Below, piece after piece: positions 1 to 12,224 of a stretch of DNA of 64,000 nucleotides (position 1 is the stretch's first letter; each line of letters begins with the position of its first letter). The stretch covers positions 119,166,001-119,230,000 of the forward strand of contig NC_045697.1 in NCBI RefSeq assembly GCF_009834535.1, given 5' to 3'. Made by a program: the position numbers and the translations under genes. Source of the stretch: Camelus ferus (Eukaryota). The notes under the pieces are model-generated. The model did no database searches. It was not told the origin of the DNA and saw nothing but the letters and a program-made list of their open reading frames with translations.

Positions 1-3000
1 TTTTACTCAGGTTTCTCAGTCTGTTTCCTAGTGCCGTTTTGAAATTCCTACTGTTTTCACTGTAAAAACCGAGTTGGAGCTAGTACCTACCCATATAAAT
101 ATATTGAGTGGATTTTGCACCTGAAAAGAAACTTTGTGTTCCCAACAAGCGAGTTGAAGTACGGCTTTCACACACACTTATCTCTCAGATCTGAGCATGT
201 TGAGAGACGTTCGTTCATCTAGCACAAGTGGATCGGGTTGCAGGAGAAATTTTTACTCTTGTTTCTCAAACTTTTCCTTGTACCGGTTTGAAGTTCCTGC
301 AGTTTTCCCTGTTAAACCGATTTGGAGCTTGTACCTCCCCATATATATGTATGGATTGTAGTTTGCACCTGACCAGAATCTTTGTGTTCTTAACAAGCTA
401 GGTGAAGGACGGCTTTCACACACACTTTTCTCACAGAACTGAGCATGTGGAGAGACGTTCATTTATCTAGCACAAAGGAAAAGTGTTGCAGGAGAGACTT
501 TTACTCTGGTTTCTCAGTCTGTTTCCTAGTTCCGTTTAGAAGTTCCTGCACTTTTCACTGTCAAACTGATTTGGAGCTCGTACCTCCCCATTTATATGTT
601 TGGAGTGGAGTGGGCATCTGAAAAGGAACTTTGTGTTCCCAACAAGATAGGTGAAGGAAGGCTTTCTCACACACCTATCTCTCTGAACTGAGCATGTGGT
701 GATACGTTCGTTCATCTAGCACAAAGGGAACGGGTTGCAGGAGAAACTTTTACTCTGGTTTCTCAGTCTGTTTCCTAGTGCCTTTTTGAAGTTCCTACTC
801 TTTTCACTGTAAAAGCGAGTTGGAGCTAGTACCTACCCATATAAATGTATTGAGTGGAGTTTGCACCTGAAAAGAAACTTTGTGTTCCCAACAAGCTAGG
901 TGAAGGAAGGCTTTCACACACACTTATCTCTAAGAAATGATCATGTGGAGAGAAGATGGTTCATGTAGCCAAAGTGAACCGGTTTGCAGGAGAAATTTTA
1001 CTCTGGTTTTCAGTCTGTTTCCTAGTGCCGGTTTGAATTTCCTGCATATTCACTTTAAAATCGATTTGGAGCTAGAACCTCCCTATATATATGTATTAAT
1101 TGGGGTTGCAACTGAAAAGAAAGTTTATGTTCCCAAAAAGATAGTTGAAGCACGGCTTTCACACACACTTACCTCTCAGAACTGAGCATGTAGAGAGACG
1201 TTCGTCCTCTAGCACAAAGGGAACGGTTTGCAGGAGAAATTTTACTCTGGTTTCTCAGTCTGTTTCCTGGTTCCGGTATAAAATTCCGCATTTTTCACTG
1301 TAAAACCGAGTTGGAGCTAGTACCTCCCTTATATATATATGGAGTGGAGTTTGCAACTGCAAGAAAACTATGTGTTCCCAACAAGCTAGTTGAAGGACGG
1401 CATTCACACACACTTATCTCTCAGAACAGAGCATGTGGAGAGACTATCGTTCATCTAGGACAAAGGGAACGGTTTGCAGGTGAAACTTTTACTCTGTTTT
1501 TTGTCTTTTTCCTAGTGCCGCTTTGAAGTTCCTGCAGTTTACACTGTAATACCGAGTTGGAGCTAGTTTCTCCCCATATATATGTATGGAGTGGAGTTTG
1601 CAACTGAAAAGAAACTTTGTTTTCCCAACAAGCTAGGGGAAGGGGGGCTTTCACACACACTTATCTCTCAGCATTTAGCATGTGGATAGACGTTCTTTCA
1701 TCTAGCACAAAGGGAACGGATTGCAGGAGAAACTTTTACTCTGGTTCCTCAGTCTGTTTCCTAGTGCCGGTTTGAAGTTCCTGCAGATTCAATGTAAAAT
1801 CGATTTGGAGCTAGAACCTCCCTATATATATGTATTAATTGGGGTTTGCAACTGAAAAGAAAGTTTATGTTCCCAAAAAGATAGGTGAAGCACGGCTTTC
1901 ACACACAATTTCCTCTCAGAACTGAGCATGTAGAGAGACGTTCGTTCCTCTAGCACAAAGGGAATGGGTTGCAGGAGAAATTTTTACTCTGGTTTCTCAG
2001 TCTGTTTCCTGGTTCCGGTATAAAATTCCTGCATTTTTTCACTGTAAAACCGAGTTGGAGCTAGTACCTCCCTTATATATATATGGAGTGGAGTTTGCAA
2101 CTGCAAAGAAACTATGTGTTCCCAACAAGCTAGTTGAAGGACGGCATTCACACACACTTATCTCTCAGAACAGAGCATATGGAGAGACTATCGTTCATCT
2201 AGGACAAAGGGAACGGTTTGCAGGTGAAAGTTTTACTCTGTTTTTTGTCTTTTTCCTAGTGCCGCTTTGAAGTTCCTGCAGTTTACACTGTAAAACCGAG
2301 TTGGAGCTAGTTTCTCCCCATATATATGTATGGAGTGGAGTTTGCAACTGAAAAGAGACTTTGTTTTCCCAACAAGCTAGGGGAAGGGAGGCTTTCACAC
2401 ACACTTATCTCTCAGCATTTAGGATGTGGATAGACGTTCTTTCATCTAGCACAAAGGGAACGGATTGCAGGAGAAACTTTTACTCTGGTTCCTCAGTCTG
2501 TTTCCTAGTGCCGGTTTGAATTTCCTGCAGATTTCACTATAAAACCGATTTTGAGCTGGTACCTCCCCATATAAATGTATGGATTGGAGTTTGCAACTGA
2601 AAAGAAAATTTGTGTTCCCAACAAGCAATGTGAATGACGGCTTTAACACACACTTATCTCTCAGAACTGAGCATGTGGAGAGACGTTCGTTCATCTAGCA
2701 AAAATTGAACGGGTTGCCGGAGAAACATTTACTCTGGTTTCTCAGTGTGTTTCCCAGTGCCGGTTTGTAGTTCCTGCAGTTATCACTGTAAAACAGAGTT
2801 GGAGCTAGTCTCTCCCCATATATATGTATTGACTGGAGTGTGCAACTGAAAAGACTTTGTGTTCCCAACATGCTACTTGAAGGGCGGCTTTCACACACAC
2901 TTATCTCTCAGATCTGAGCATGTGGAGAGACGTTCATTCATCTAGCACAAAGGGAATTGTTTGCAGGTTAACTTTTACTCTGGTTTTCAGACTGTTTCCT

Positions 3001-5203
3001 AGTGCCTGGTTGAAGTTCCTGCAGATTCACTGTAAAATCGAGTTGGAGCTAGTACCTCCCTATATATATGAATGGATTGGTGTTTGCAACTGAACAGAAA
3101 CTTTGTGTTCCCAACAAGATATGTGAAGGATGGCTTTCACACACACTTATCTCTCAGAACTTACCATGTGGAGAGAATTTCGTTCATCTATCACAAAGGG
3201 AATGGGTTGCAGGAAAACTTTTACTCTGGTTTCTCAGTATATTTCGTAGTGCCGTTTTGAGGTTTCTGCAGTTTTCACTGTAAAACCGAGATGTAGCTTA
3301 TTCCTCCGCAAATAAATTAATGGAGTGTAGTACTCACATGAAAAGAAACTTGTAGTTACCAACAAGCTAGCTGAAGGCTGTTTTAACACACACATATCTC
3401 TCAGACCTGAGCATGTGAAGAGACTTTCATTCATCTAGCACAAAGGGATCGTGTTGCAGGGGAAACATTTACTCTGGTATCTCAGTATGTTTCTTGTCTC
3501 AGTTTGAAATTGCTGAAGATTTCACTGTAAAACGGAGTTTGAACTAGTAACCCCATATATTTGTATTGAGTGGAGTTTGCAAACGAAAAGAAACTTTGTG
3601 TTCCCAACAAGCTAGGTGAAGTACGGCTTTCACAAACTCTTATCTCTCAGAAATGAGCATTTGGATCGACTTTCGTTCATCTAGCACAAGATGAACGGAT
3701 TGCAGGAGAAACTTTTACTCTGGTTTCTCAGTCTGTTTCCTAGTTCCGGTTAGAAGTTCCTGCAGTTTTCACTGTCAAACTGAGGTGGAGCTAGTACCTC
3801 CCAATATATATATGTATGGAGTGGAGTTTGCAACTGAAAAGAAACTTGGTGTTCCCAACAAGCTAGGTGAAGGACGGCTTTCTCACACACCTATCTCTCA
3901 GAACTGAGCATGTGGAGATACGTTCGTTCATCTAGCACAAAGGGAACGGGTTGCAGGAGAAACTTTTACTCTGGTTTCTCAGTCTGTTTCCTAGTGCCGT
4001 TTTGAAATTCCTACAGTTTTCACTGTAAAATCGAGTTGGAGCTAGTACATATCCATATAAATGTATTGAGTGGAGTTTGCACCTGAAAAGAAATTTGTGT
4101 TCCCAACAAGCGAGGTGAAGTACGGCTTTCACACACACTTATCTCTGAGATCTGAGCATGTTGAGAGACGTTCGTTCATCTAGCACAATTGGAACGGGTT
4201 GCAGGAGAAATTTTTACTCTTGTATCTCTATCTTTTCCTTGTGCCGGTTTGAAGTTCCTGCAGTTTTCCCTGTTAAACCGATTTGGAACTTGTACCTCCC
4301 CATATATATGTATGGATTGGAGTTTGCACCTGACCAGAATCTTTGTGTTCTTAAGAAGCTAGGTGAAGGAAGGCATTCACACACACATATCTCACAGAAC
4401 TGAGCATGTGGAGAGACGTTCATTTAACTAGCACAAAGAAAAAGGTTGCAGGAGAGACTTATACTCTGGTTTCTCTGTCTGTTTCCTAGTGCCGGTTAGA
4501 AGTTCCTGCATTTTTCACTGTAAAAGCGAGTTGGAGCTAGTACCTCCCCGTATATATGTATGTACTGCAGTTTCCAACTAAAAAGAAACTTTGTATTCCC
4601 AACAAGCTATGTTAAGGAAGGCTTTCAAACACAATGATCTCTCAGAACTTAGCATTTGAAGAGACGTTGGTTCATCTAGCACAAAGGAAAAGGGTTGCAG
4701 CAGAAAATTTAACTCTGGTTTCTCAGTCTGTTTCCTAGTGCCGGTTTGAAATTCCTGCAGTTTTCACTGTAAAACCGTGTTTTAGCTAGTACCTCCCCGT
4801 ATATTTGTATGGATTGGGGTTTGCAACTGAAAAGAAAATTTGTATTCCCAACAAGCTATGTGAAAGACGGCTTTCACACACAATTATCTCTCAGATCTGA
4901 GCATGTGGAGAGACTTTCGTTCATCTAGCACAAATGGATTGGTTTGCAGGAGAAACTTTTACTCTGGTTTTCAGTCTGTTTCCTAGTGCCGGGATGAAGT
5001 TCCTGCAGATTCACTGTAAAATCGATTTAGAGCTAGTACCTCCCTATATATATTTATGGATTGGAGTTTGCAACTTAAAAGAAACATTGTGTTCCCAACA
5101 AGTTATTTGAATGACGGCTTTCACACAAAATTATCTCTCAGAACTGAGCATGTGGAGAGACGTTCGTTCATCTAGAACAAAGGGAACGGGTTGCAGGAGC
5201 AAC
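1..5203 (+). repeat. HOR copy 1 (21 monomers = 18-mer plus an internal 3-monomer duplication)
   Basis: Bases from position 1 (TTTTACTCAGG...) recur at 5204. The identical marker ORF at 253 and 5455 has offset 5202. Internal markers 1311/2055 and 1451/2195 have offset 744. Confidence 0.9.
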
Positions 5204-8200
5204 TTTTACTCAGGTTTCTCAGTCTGTTTCCTAGTGCCGTTTTGAAATTCCTACTGTTTTCACTGTAAAACCGAGTTGGAGCTAGTACCTACCCATATAA
5301 ATATATTGAGTGGATTTTGCACCTGAAAAGAAACTTTGTGTTCCCAACAAGCGAGTTGAAGTACGGCTTTCACACACACTTATCTCTCAGATCTGAGCAT
5401 GTTGAGAGACGTTCGTTCATCTAGCACAAGTGGAACGGGTTGCAGGAGAAATTTTTACTCTTGTTTCTCAAACTTTTCCTTGTACCGGTTTGAAGTTCCT
5501 GCAGTTTTCCCTGTTAAACCGATTTGGAGCTTGTACCTCCCCATATATATGTATGGATTGTAGTTTGCACCTGACCAGAATCTTTGTGTTCTTAACAAGC
5601 TAGGTGAAGGACGGCTTTCACACACACTTTTCTCACAGAACTGAGCATGTGGAGAGACGTTCATTTATCTAGCACAAAGGAAAAGTGTTGCAGGAGAGAC
5701 TTTTACTCTGGTTTCTCAGTCTGTTTCCTAGTTCCGTTTAGAAGTTCCTGCACTTTTCACTGTCAAACTGATTTGGAGCTCGTACCTCCCCATTTATATG
5801 TTTGGAGTGGAGTGGGCATCTGAAAAGGAACTTTGTGTTCCCAACAAGATAGGTGAAGGAAGGCTTTCTCACACACCTATCTCTCTGAACTGAGCATGTG
5901 GAGATACGTTCGTTCACCTAGCACAAAGGGAACGGGTTGCAGGAGAAACTTTTACTCTGGTTTCTCAGTCTGTTTCCTAGTGCCTTTTTGAAGTTCCTAC
6001 TCTTTTCACTGTAAAAGCGAGTTGGAGCTAGTAACTACCCATATAAATGTATTGAGTGGAGTTTGCACCTGAAAAGAAACTTTGTGTTCCCAACAAGCTA
6101 GGTGAAGGAAGGCTTTCACACACACTTATCTCTAAGAACTGATCATGTGGAGAGAAGATGGTTCATGTAGCCAAAGTGAACCGGTTGCAGGAGAAATTTT
6201 ACTCTGGTTTTCAGTCTGTTTCCTAGTGCCGGTTTGAAGTTCCTGCATATTCACTTTAAAATCGATTTGGAGCTAGAACCTCCCTATATATATGTATTAA
6301 TTGGGGTTGCAACTGAAAAGAAAGTTTATGTTCCCAAAAAGATAGGTGAAGCACGGCTTTCACACACAATTACCTCTCATAACTGAGCATGTAGAGAGAC
6401 GTTCGTTCCTCTAGCACAAAGGGAACGGTTTGCAGGAGAAATTTTTACTCTGGTTTCTCAGTCTGTTTCCTGGTTCCGGTATAAAATTCCTGCATTTTTC
6501 ACTGTAAAACCGAGTTGGAGCTAGTACCTCCCTTATATATATATGGAGTGGAGTTTGCAACTGCAAAAAAAATATGTGTTCCCAACAAGCTAGTTGAAGG
6601 ACGGCATTCACACACACTTATCTCTCAGAACAGAGCATGTGGAGAGACTATCGTTCATCTAGGACAAAGGGAACGGTTTGCAGGTGAAAACTTTTACTCT
6701 GTTTTTTGTCTTTTTCCTAGTGCCGCTTTGAAGTTCCTGCAGTTTACACTGTAATACCGAGTTGGAGCTAGTTTCTCCCCATATATATGTATGGAGTGGA
6801 GTTTGCAACTGAAAAGAAACTTTGTTTTCCCAACAAGCTAGGGGAAGGGGGGCTTTGACACACACTTATCTCTCAGCATTTAGCATGTGGATAGACGTTC
6901 TTTCATCTAGCACAAAGGGAACGGATTGCAGGAGAAACTTTTACTCTGGTTCCTCAGTCTGTTTCCTAGTGCCGGTTTGAATTTCCTGCAGATTTCACTA
7001 TAAAACCGATTTTGAGCTGGTACCTCCCCATATAAATGTATGGATTGGAGTTTGCAACTGAAAAGAAAATTTGTGTTCCCAACAAGCAATGTGAATGACG
7101 GCTTTAACACACACTTATCTCTCAGAACTGAGCATGTGGAGAGACGTTCGTTCATCTAGCAAAAATTGAACGGGTTGCCGGAGAAACATTTACTCTGGTT
7201 TCTCAGTGTGTTTCCCAGTGCCGGTTTGTAGTTCCTGCAGTTATCACTGTAAAACAGAGTTGGAGCTAGTCTCTCCCCATATATATGTATTGACTGGAGT
7301 GTGCAACTGAAAAGACTTTGTGTTCCCAACATGCTACTTGAAGGGCGGCTTTCACACACACTTATCTCTCAGATCTGAGCATGTGGAGAGACGTTCGTTC
7401 ATCTAGCACAAAGGGAATTGTTTGCAGGTTAACTTTTACTCTGGTTTTCAGACTGTTTCCTAGTGCCTGGTTGAAGTTCCTGCAGATTCACTGTAAAATC
7501 GAGTTGGAGCTAGTACCTCCCTATATATATGAATGGATTGGTGTTTGCAACTGAACAGAAACTTTGTGTTCCCAACAAGATATGTGAAGGATGGCTTTCA
7601 CACACACTTATCTCTCAGAACTTACCATGTGGAGAGAATTTCGTTCATCTATCACAAAGGGAATGGGTTGCAGGAAAACTTTTACTCTGGTTTCTCAGTA
7701 TATTTCGTAGTGCCGTTTTGAGGTTTCTGCAGTTTTCACTGTAAACCGAGATGTAGCTTATTCCTCCGCAAATAAATTAATGGAGTGTAGTACTCACATG
7801 AAAAGAAACTTGTAGTTACCAACAAGCTAGCTGAAGGCTGTTTTAAACACACACATATCTCTCAGACCTGAGCATGTGAAGAGACTTTCATTCACCTAGC
7901 ACAAAGGGATCGTGTTGCAGGGGAAACATTTACTCTGGTATCTCAGTATGTTTCTTGTCTCGGTTTGAAATTGCTGAAGATTTCACTGTAAAACGGAGTT
8001 TGAACTAGTAACCCCATATATTTGTATTGAGTGGAGTTTGCAAACGAAAAGAAACTTTGTGTTCCCAACAAGCTAGGTGAAGTACGGCTTTCACAAACTC
8101 TTATCTCTCAGAAATGAGCATTTGGATCGACTTTCGTTCATCTAGCACAAGATGAACGGATTGCAGGAGAAACTTTTACTCTGGTTTCTCAGTCTGTTTC

Positions 8201-9668
8201 CTAGTTCCGGTTAGAAGTTCCTGCAGTTTTCACTGTCAAACTGAGGTGGAGCTAGTACCTCCCAATATATATATGTATGGAGTGGAGTTTGCAACTGAAA
8301 AGAAACTTGGTGTTCCCAACAAGCTAGGTGAAGGACGGCTTTCTCACACACCTATCTCTCAGAACTGAGCATGTGGAGATACGTTCGTTCATCTAGCACA
8401 AAGGGAACGGGTTGCAGGAGAAACTTTTACTCTGGTTTCTCAGTCTGTTTCCTAGTGCCGTTTTGAAATTCCTACAGTTTTCACTGTAAAATCGAGTTGG
8501 AGCTAGTACATATCCATATAAATGTATTGAGTGGAGTTTGCACCTGAAAAGAAATTTGTGTTCCCAACAAGCGAGGTGAAGTACGGCTTTCACACACACT
8601 TATCTCTGAGATCTGAGCATGTTGAGAGACGTTCGTTCATCTAGCACAATTGGAACGGGTTTGCAGGAGAAATTTTTACTCTTGTATCTCTATCTTTTCC
8701 TTGTGCCGGTTTGAAGTTCCTGCAGTTTTCCCTGTTAAACCGATTTGGAACTTGTACCTCCCCATATATATGTATGGATTGGAGTTTGCAACTGACCAGA
8801 ATCTTTGTGTTCTTAAGAAGCTAGGTGAAGGAAGGCATTCACACACACATATCTCACAGAACTGAGCATGTGGAGAGACGTTCATTTATCTAGCACAAAG
8901 AAAAAGGTTGCAGGAGAGACTTATACTCTGGTTTCTCTGTCTGTTTCCTAGTGCCGGTTAGAAGTTCCTGCATTTTTCACTGTAAAAGCGAGTTGGAGCT
9001 AGTACCTCCCCGTATATATGTATGTACTGCAGTTTCCAACTAAAAAGAAACTTTGTATTCCCAACAAGCTATGTTAAGGAAGGTTTTCAAACAACACAAT
9101 GATCTCTCAGAACTTAGCATTTGAAGAGACGTTGGTTCATCTAGCACAAAGGAAAAGGGTTGCAGCAGAAAATTTAACTCTGGTTTCTCAGTCTGTTTCC
9201 TAGTGCCGGTTTGAAATTCCTGCAGTTTTCACTGTAAAACCGTGTTTTAGCTAGTACCTCCCCGTATATTTGTATGGATTGGGGTTTGCAACTTAAAAGA
9301 AAATTTGTGTTCCCAACAAGCTATGTGAAGGACGGCTTTCACACACAATTATCTCTCAGATCTGAGCATGTGGAGAGACTTTCGTTCATCTAGCACAAAT
9401 GGAGTGGTTTGCAGGAGAAACTTTTACTCTGGTTTTCAGTCTGTTTCCTAGTGCCGGGTTGAAGTTCCTGCAAATTCACTGTAAAATCGATTTAGAGCTA
9501 GTACCTCCCTATATATATTTATGGATTGGAGTTTGCAACTTAAAAGAAACATTGTGTTCCCAACAAGTTATTTGAATGGCGGCTTTCACACAAAATTATC
9601 TCTCAGAACTGAGCATGTGGAGAGGACGTTCGTTCATCTAGAACAAAGGGAACGGTTGCAGGAGCAAC
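5204..9668 (+). repeat. HOR copy 2 (18 monomers, ~4.46 kb)
   Basis: Identical marker ORFs 2446/6907, 2695/7156, 3068/7529 and 3932/8393 all have offset 4461. A third copy starts at 9669 but matches for only ~2 monomers. Confidence 0.9.
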
Positions 9669-12224
9669 TTTTACTCTGGTTTCTCAGTCTGTTTCCTAGT
9701 GCCGTTTTGAAATTCCTACATGTTTTCACTGTAAAACCGAGTTGGAGCTAGTACCTACCCATATAAATATATTGAGTGGATTTTGCACCTGAAAAGTAAC
9801 TTTGTGTTCCCAACAAGCGAGTTGAAGTACGGCTTTCACACACACTTATCTCTCAGATCTGAGCATGTTGAGAGACGTTCGTTCATCTAGCACAAGTGGA
9901 ACGGGTTGCAGTAGAAATTTTTACTCTTGTTTCTCAAACTTTTCCTTGTACCGGTTTGAAGTTCCTGCAGTTTTCCCTGTTAAACCGATTTGGAGTTTGT
10001 ACCTCCCCATATATATGTATGGATTGTAGTTTGCACCTGACCAGAATCTTTGTGTTCTTAACAAGCTAGGTGAAGGACGGCTTTCACACACACATATCTC
10101 ACAGAACTGAGCATGTGGAGAGACGTTCATTTATCTAGCACAAAGGAAAATGTTTACAGTAGAGACTTTTACTCTGGTTTCTCATTCTGTTTCCTAGTGC
10201 CGGTTAGAAGTTCCTGCAGTTTTCACTGTAAAACGAGTTGGAGCTGGTACCACCCCGTATATATGTATGGACTGGAGTTTCCAACTGAAAAGAAACTTTG
10301 TATTCCCAACAAGTTATGTGAAGGAAGGCTTTCAACCACAATGATCTCTCAGAACTTAGCATTTGGAGAGACGTTGGTTCATCTATCACAAAGGAAAAGT
10401 GTTGCAGCATAAACTTTAACTCTGGTTTCTCAGTCTGTTTCCTAGTGATGGTTTGAAATTCCTGCAGTTTTAACTGTAAAACCGTGTTTTAGCTAGTACC
10501 TCCCCGTATATTTGTATGGATTGGTGTTAGCAACTGAAAAGAAACTTTGTGTTCCCAACAAGCTAGGTGAATTACGGCTTTCACACACACTTATCTCTCA
10601 GAATCTGAGCATGGGGAGAGACTTTCGTTCATCTAGCACAATGGAGGGTTGCAGGAGAAACTTTTACTCTGGTTTTCAGTCTGTTTCCTAGTGCCGGGTT
10701 GAAGTTCCTGCAGATTCACTGTAAAATCGAATTGGAGCTAGTACCTCCCTATATATATTTATGGATTGGTGTTTGCAAGTTAAAAGAAACATTGTGTTCC
10801 CAACAAGTTATTTGAAGGACGGCTTTAACACAAAATTATCTCTCAGAACTGAGCATGTGGAGAGACGTTCGTTCATCTAGCAAAAATTGAACTGGTTGCA
10901 GGAGAAAATTTTTCTCTGGCTTCTCAGTCTGTTTCCCAGTTCCGTTTAGAAGTTCCTGCACTTTTCACTGTCAAACTGAGTGGAGCTCGTACCTCCCCAT
11001 TTATTGTGGAGTGGAGTGTGCACCTGAAAAGGAACTTTGTGTTCCCAACAAGCTAGGTGAAGAACTGCTTTCACACACACTTATCTCTAAGAACTGATCA
11101 TGTGGAGATAAGTTGGTTTATGTAGCACAAAGTGAACCGGTTGCAGGAGAAACTATTACTCTGGTTTTCAGTCTGTTTCCTAGTGCCGGTTTGAAGTTCC
11201 TGCAGATTCACTGTAAAATCTATTTGGAGCTAGAACCTCCCTATATATATGTATTAATTCGGGTTGCAACTGGAAAGAAACTTTATGTTCCCAAAAATAT
11301 ATGTGAAGGACGGCTTTCACACACACTTACCACTCAGAACTGAGCATGTAGTGAGACGTTCGTTTATCTAGCACAAACGGAACGGGTTGCAGGAGAAATA
11401 TTTACTCTGGTTTCTCAGTCTGTTTCCTGGTTCTGGTATAAAATTTCTGCATTTTTCACTGTAAAACCGTGTTGGAGCTAGTTCCTCCCTTATATATATA
11501 TAGAGTGGAATTTGCAACTGCAAATAAACTATGTGTTCCCAACAAGCTAGTTGAAGGACGGCATTCACACACACTTATCTCTCAGAACTGAGCATGTGGA
11601 GAGACTATCGTTCATCTAGCACAAAGGGAACGGGTTGCAGGTGAAACTTTTACTCTGGTTCCTCAGTCTGTTTCCTAGTGCCGGTTTGAATTTCCTGCAG
11701 TTTTCACTGTAAAACCGAGATGGAGCTAGTCTCTCCCCATATATATGTATGGAGTAGATTTTGAAACTGAAAAGAAACTTTGTTTTCCCAACAAGCTAGG
11801 GGAAGTGAGGCTTTCACACACACTTATCTCTCAGAATTTAGCATGTGGAGAGACGTTCTTTCATCTAGCACAAAGGAACGGATTGCAGGAGAATCTTTTA
11901 CTCTGGCTTCCTCAGTCTGTTTCCTAGTGCCGGTTTGAATCTCCTGCAGATTTTCACTATAAAACAAATTTTGAGCTGTTACCTCCCCATATAATATGTA
12001 TGTATTGGAATTTGCAACTGAAAAGAAGATTTGTGTTCCCAACAAGCAGTGTGAATGACGGCTGTAACACACACTTAACTCTCAAAAGTGAGCATGTGGA
12101 GAGACTTTCGTTCATCTAGCAAAATTGAACGGGTTGCAGAGGAAACATTTTACTCTGGTTTCTCAGTTTGTTTCCCAGTGCCGGTTTGAAGTTCCTGCAG
12201 TTATCACTGTAAAACCGAGTTGGA

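Noticed and set aside
82..110. TATAAA/TATATA as TATA-box promoters
   Set aside because: These are part of the monomer's TA tract, repeated in every unit with no downstream gene or other promoter evidence.
707..734. Canonical CENP-B box
   Set aside because: The TTCG to CGGG spacing is 20 nt rather than 7. I saw no TTCGNNNNANNCGGG in the consensus on either strand (manual check, not an exhaustive scan).
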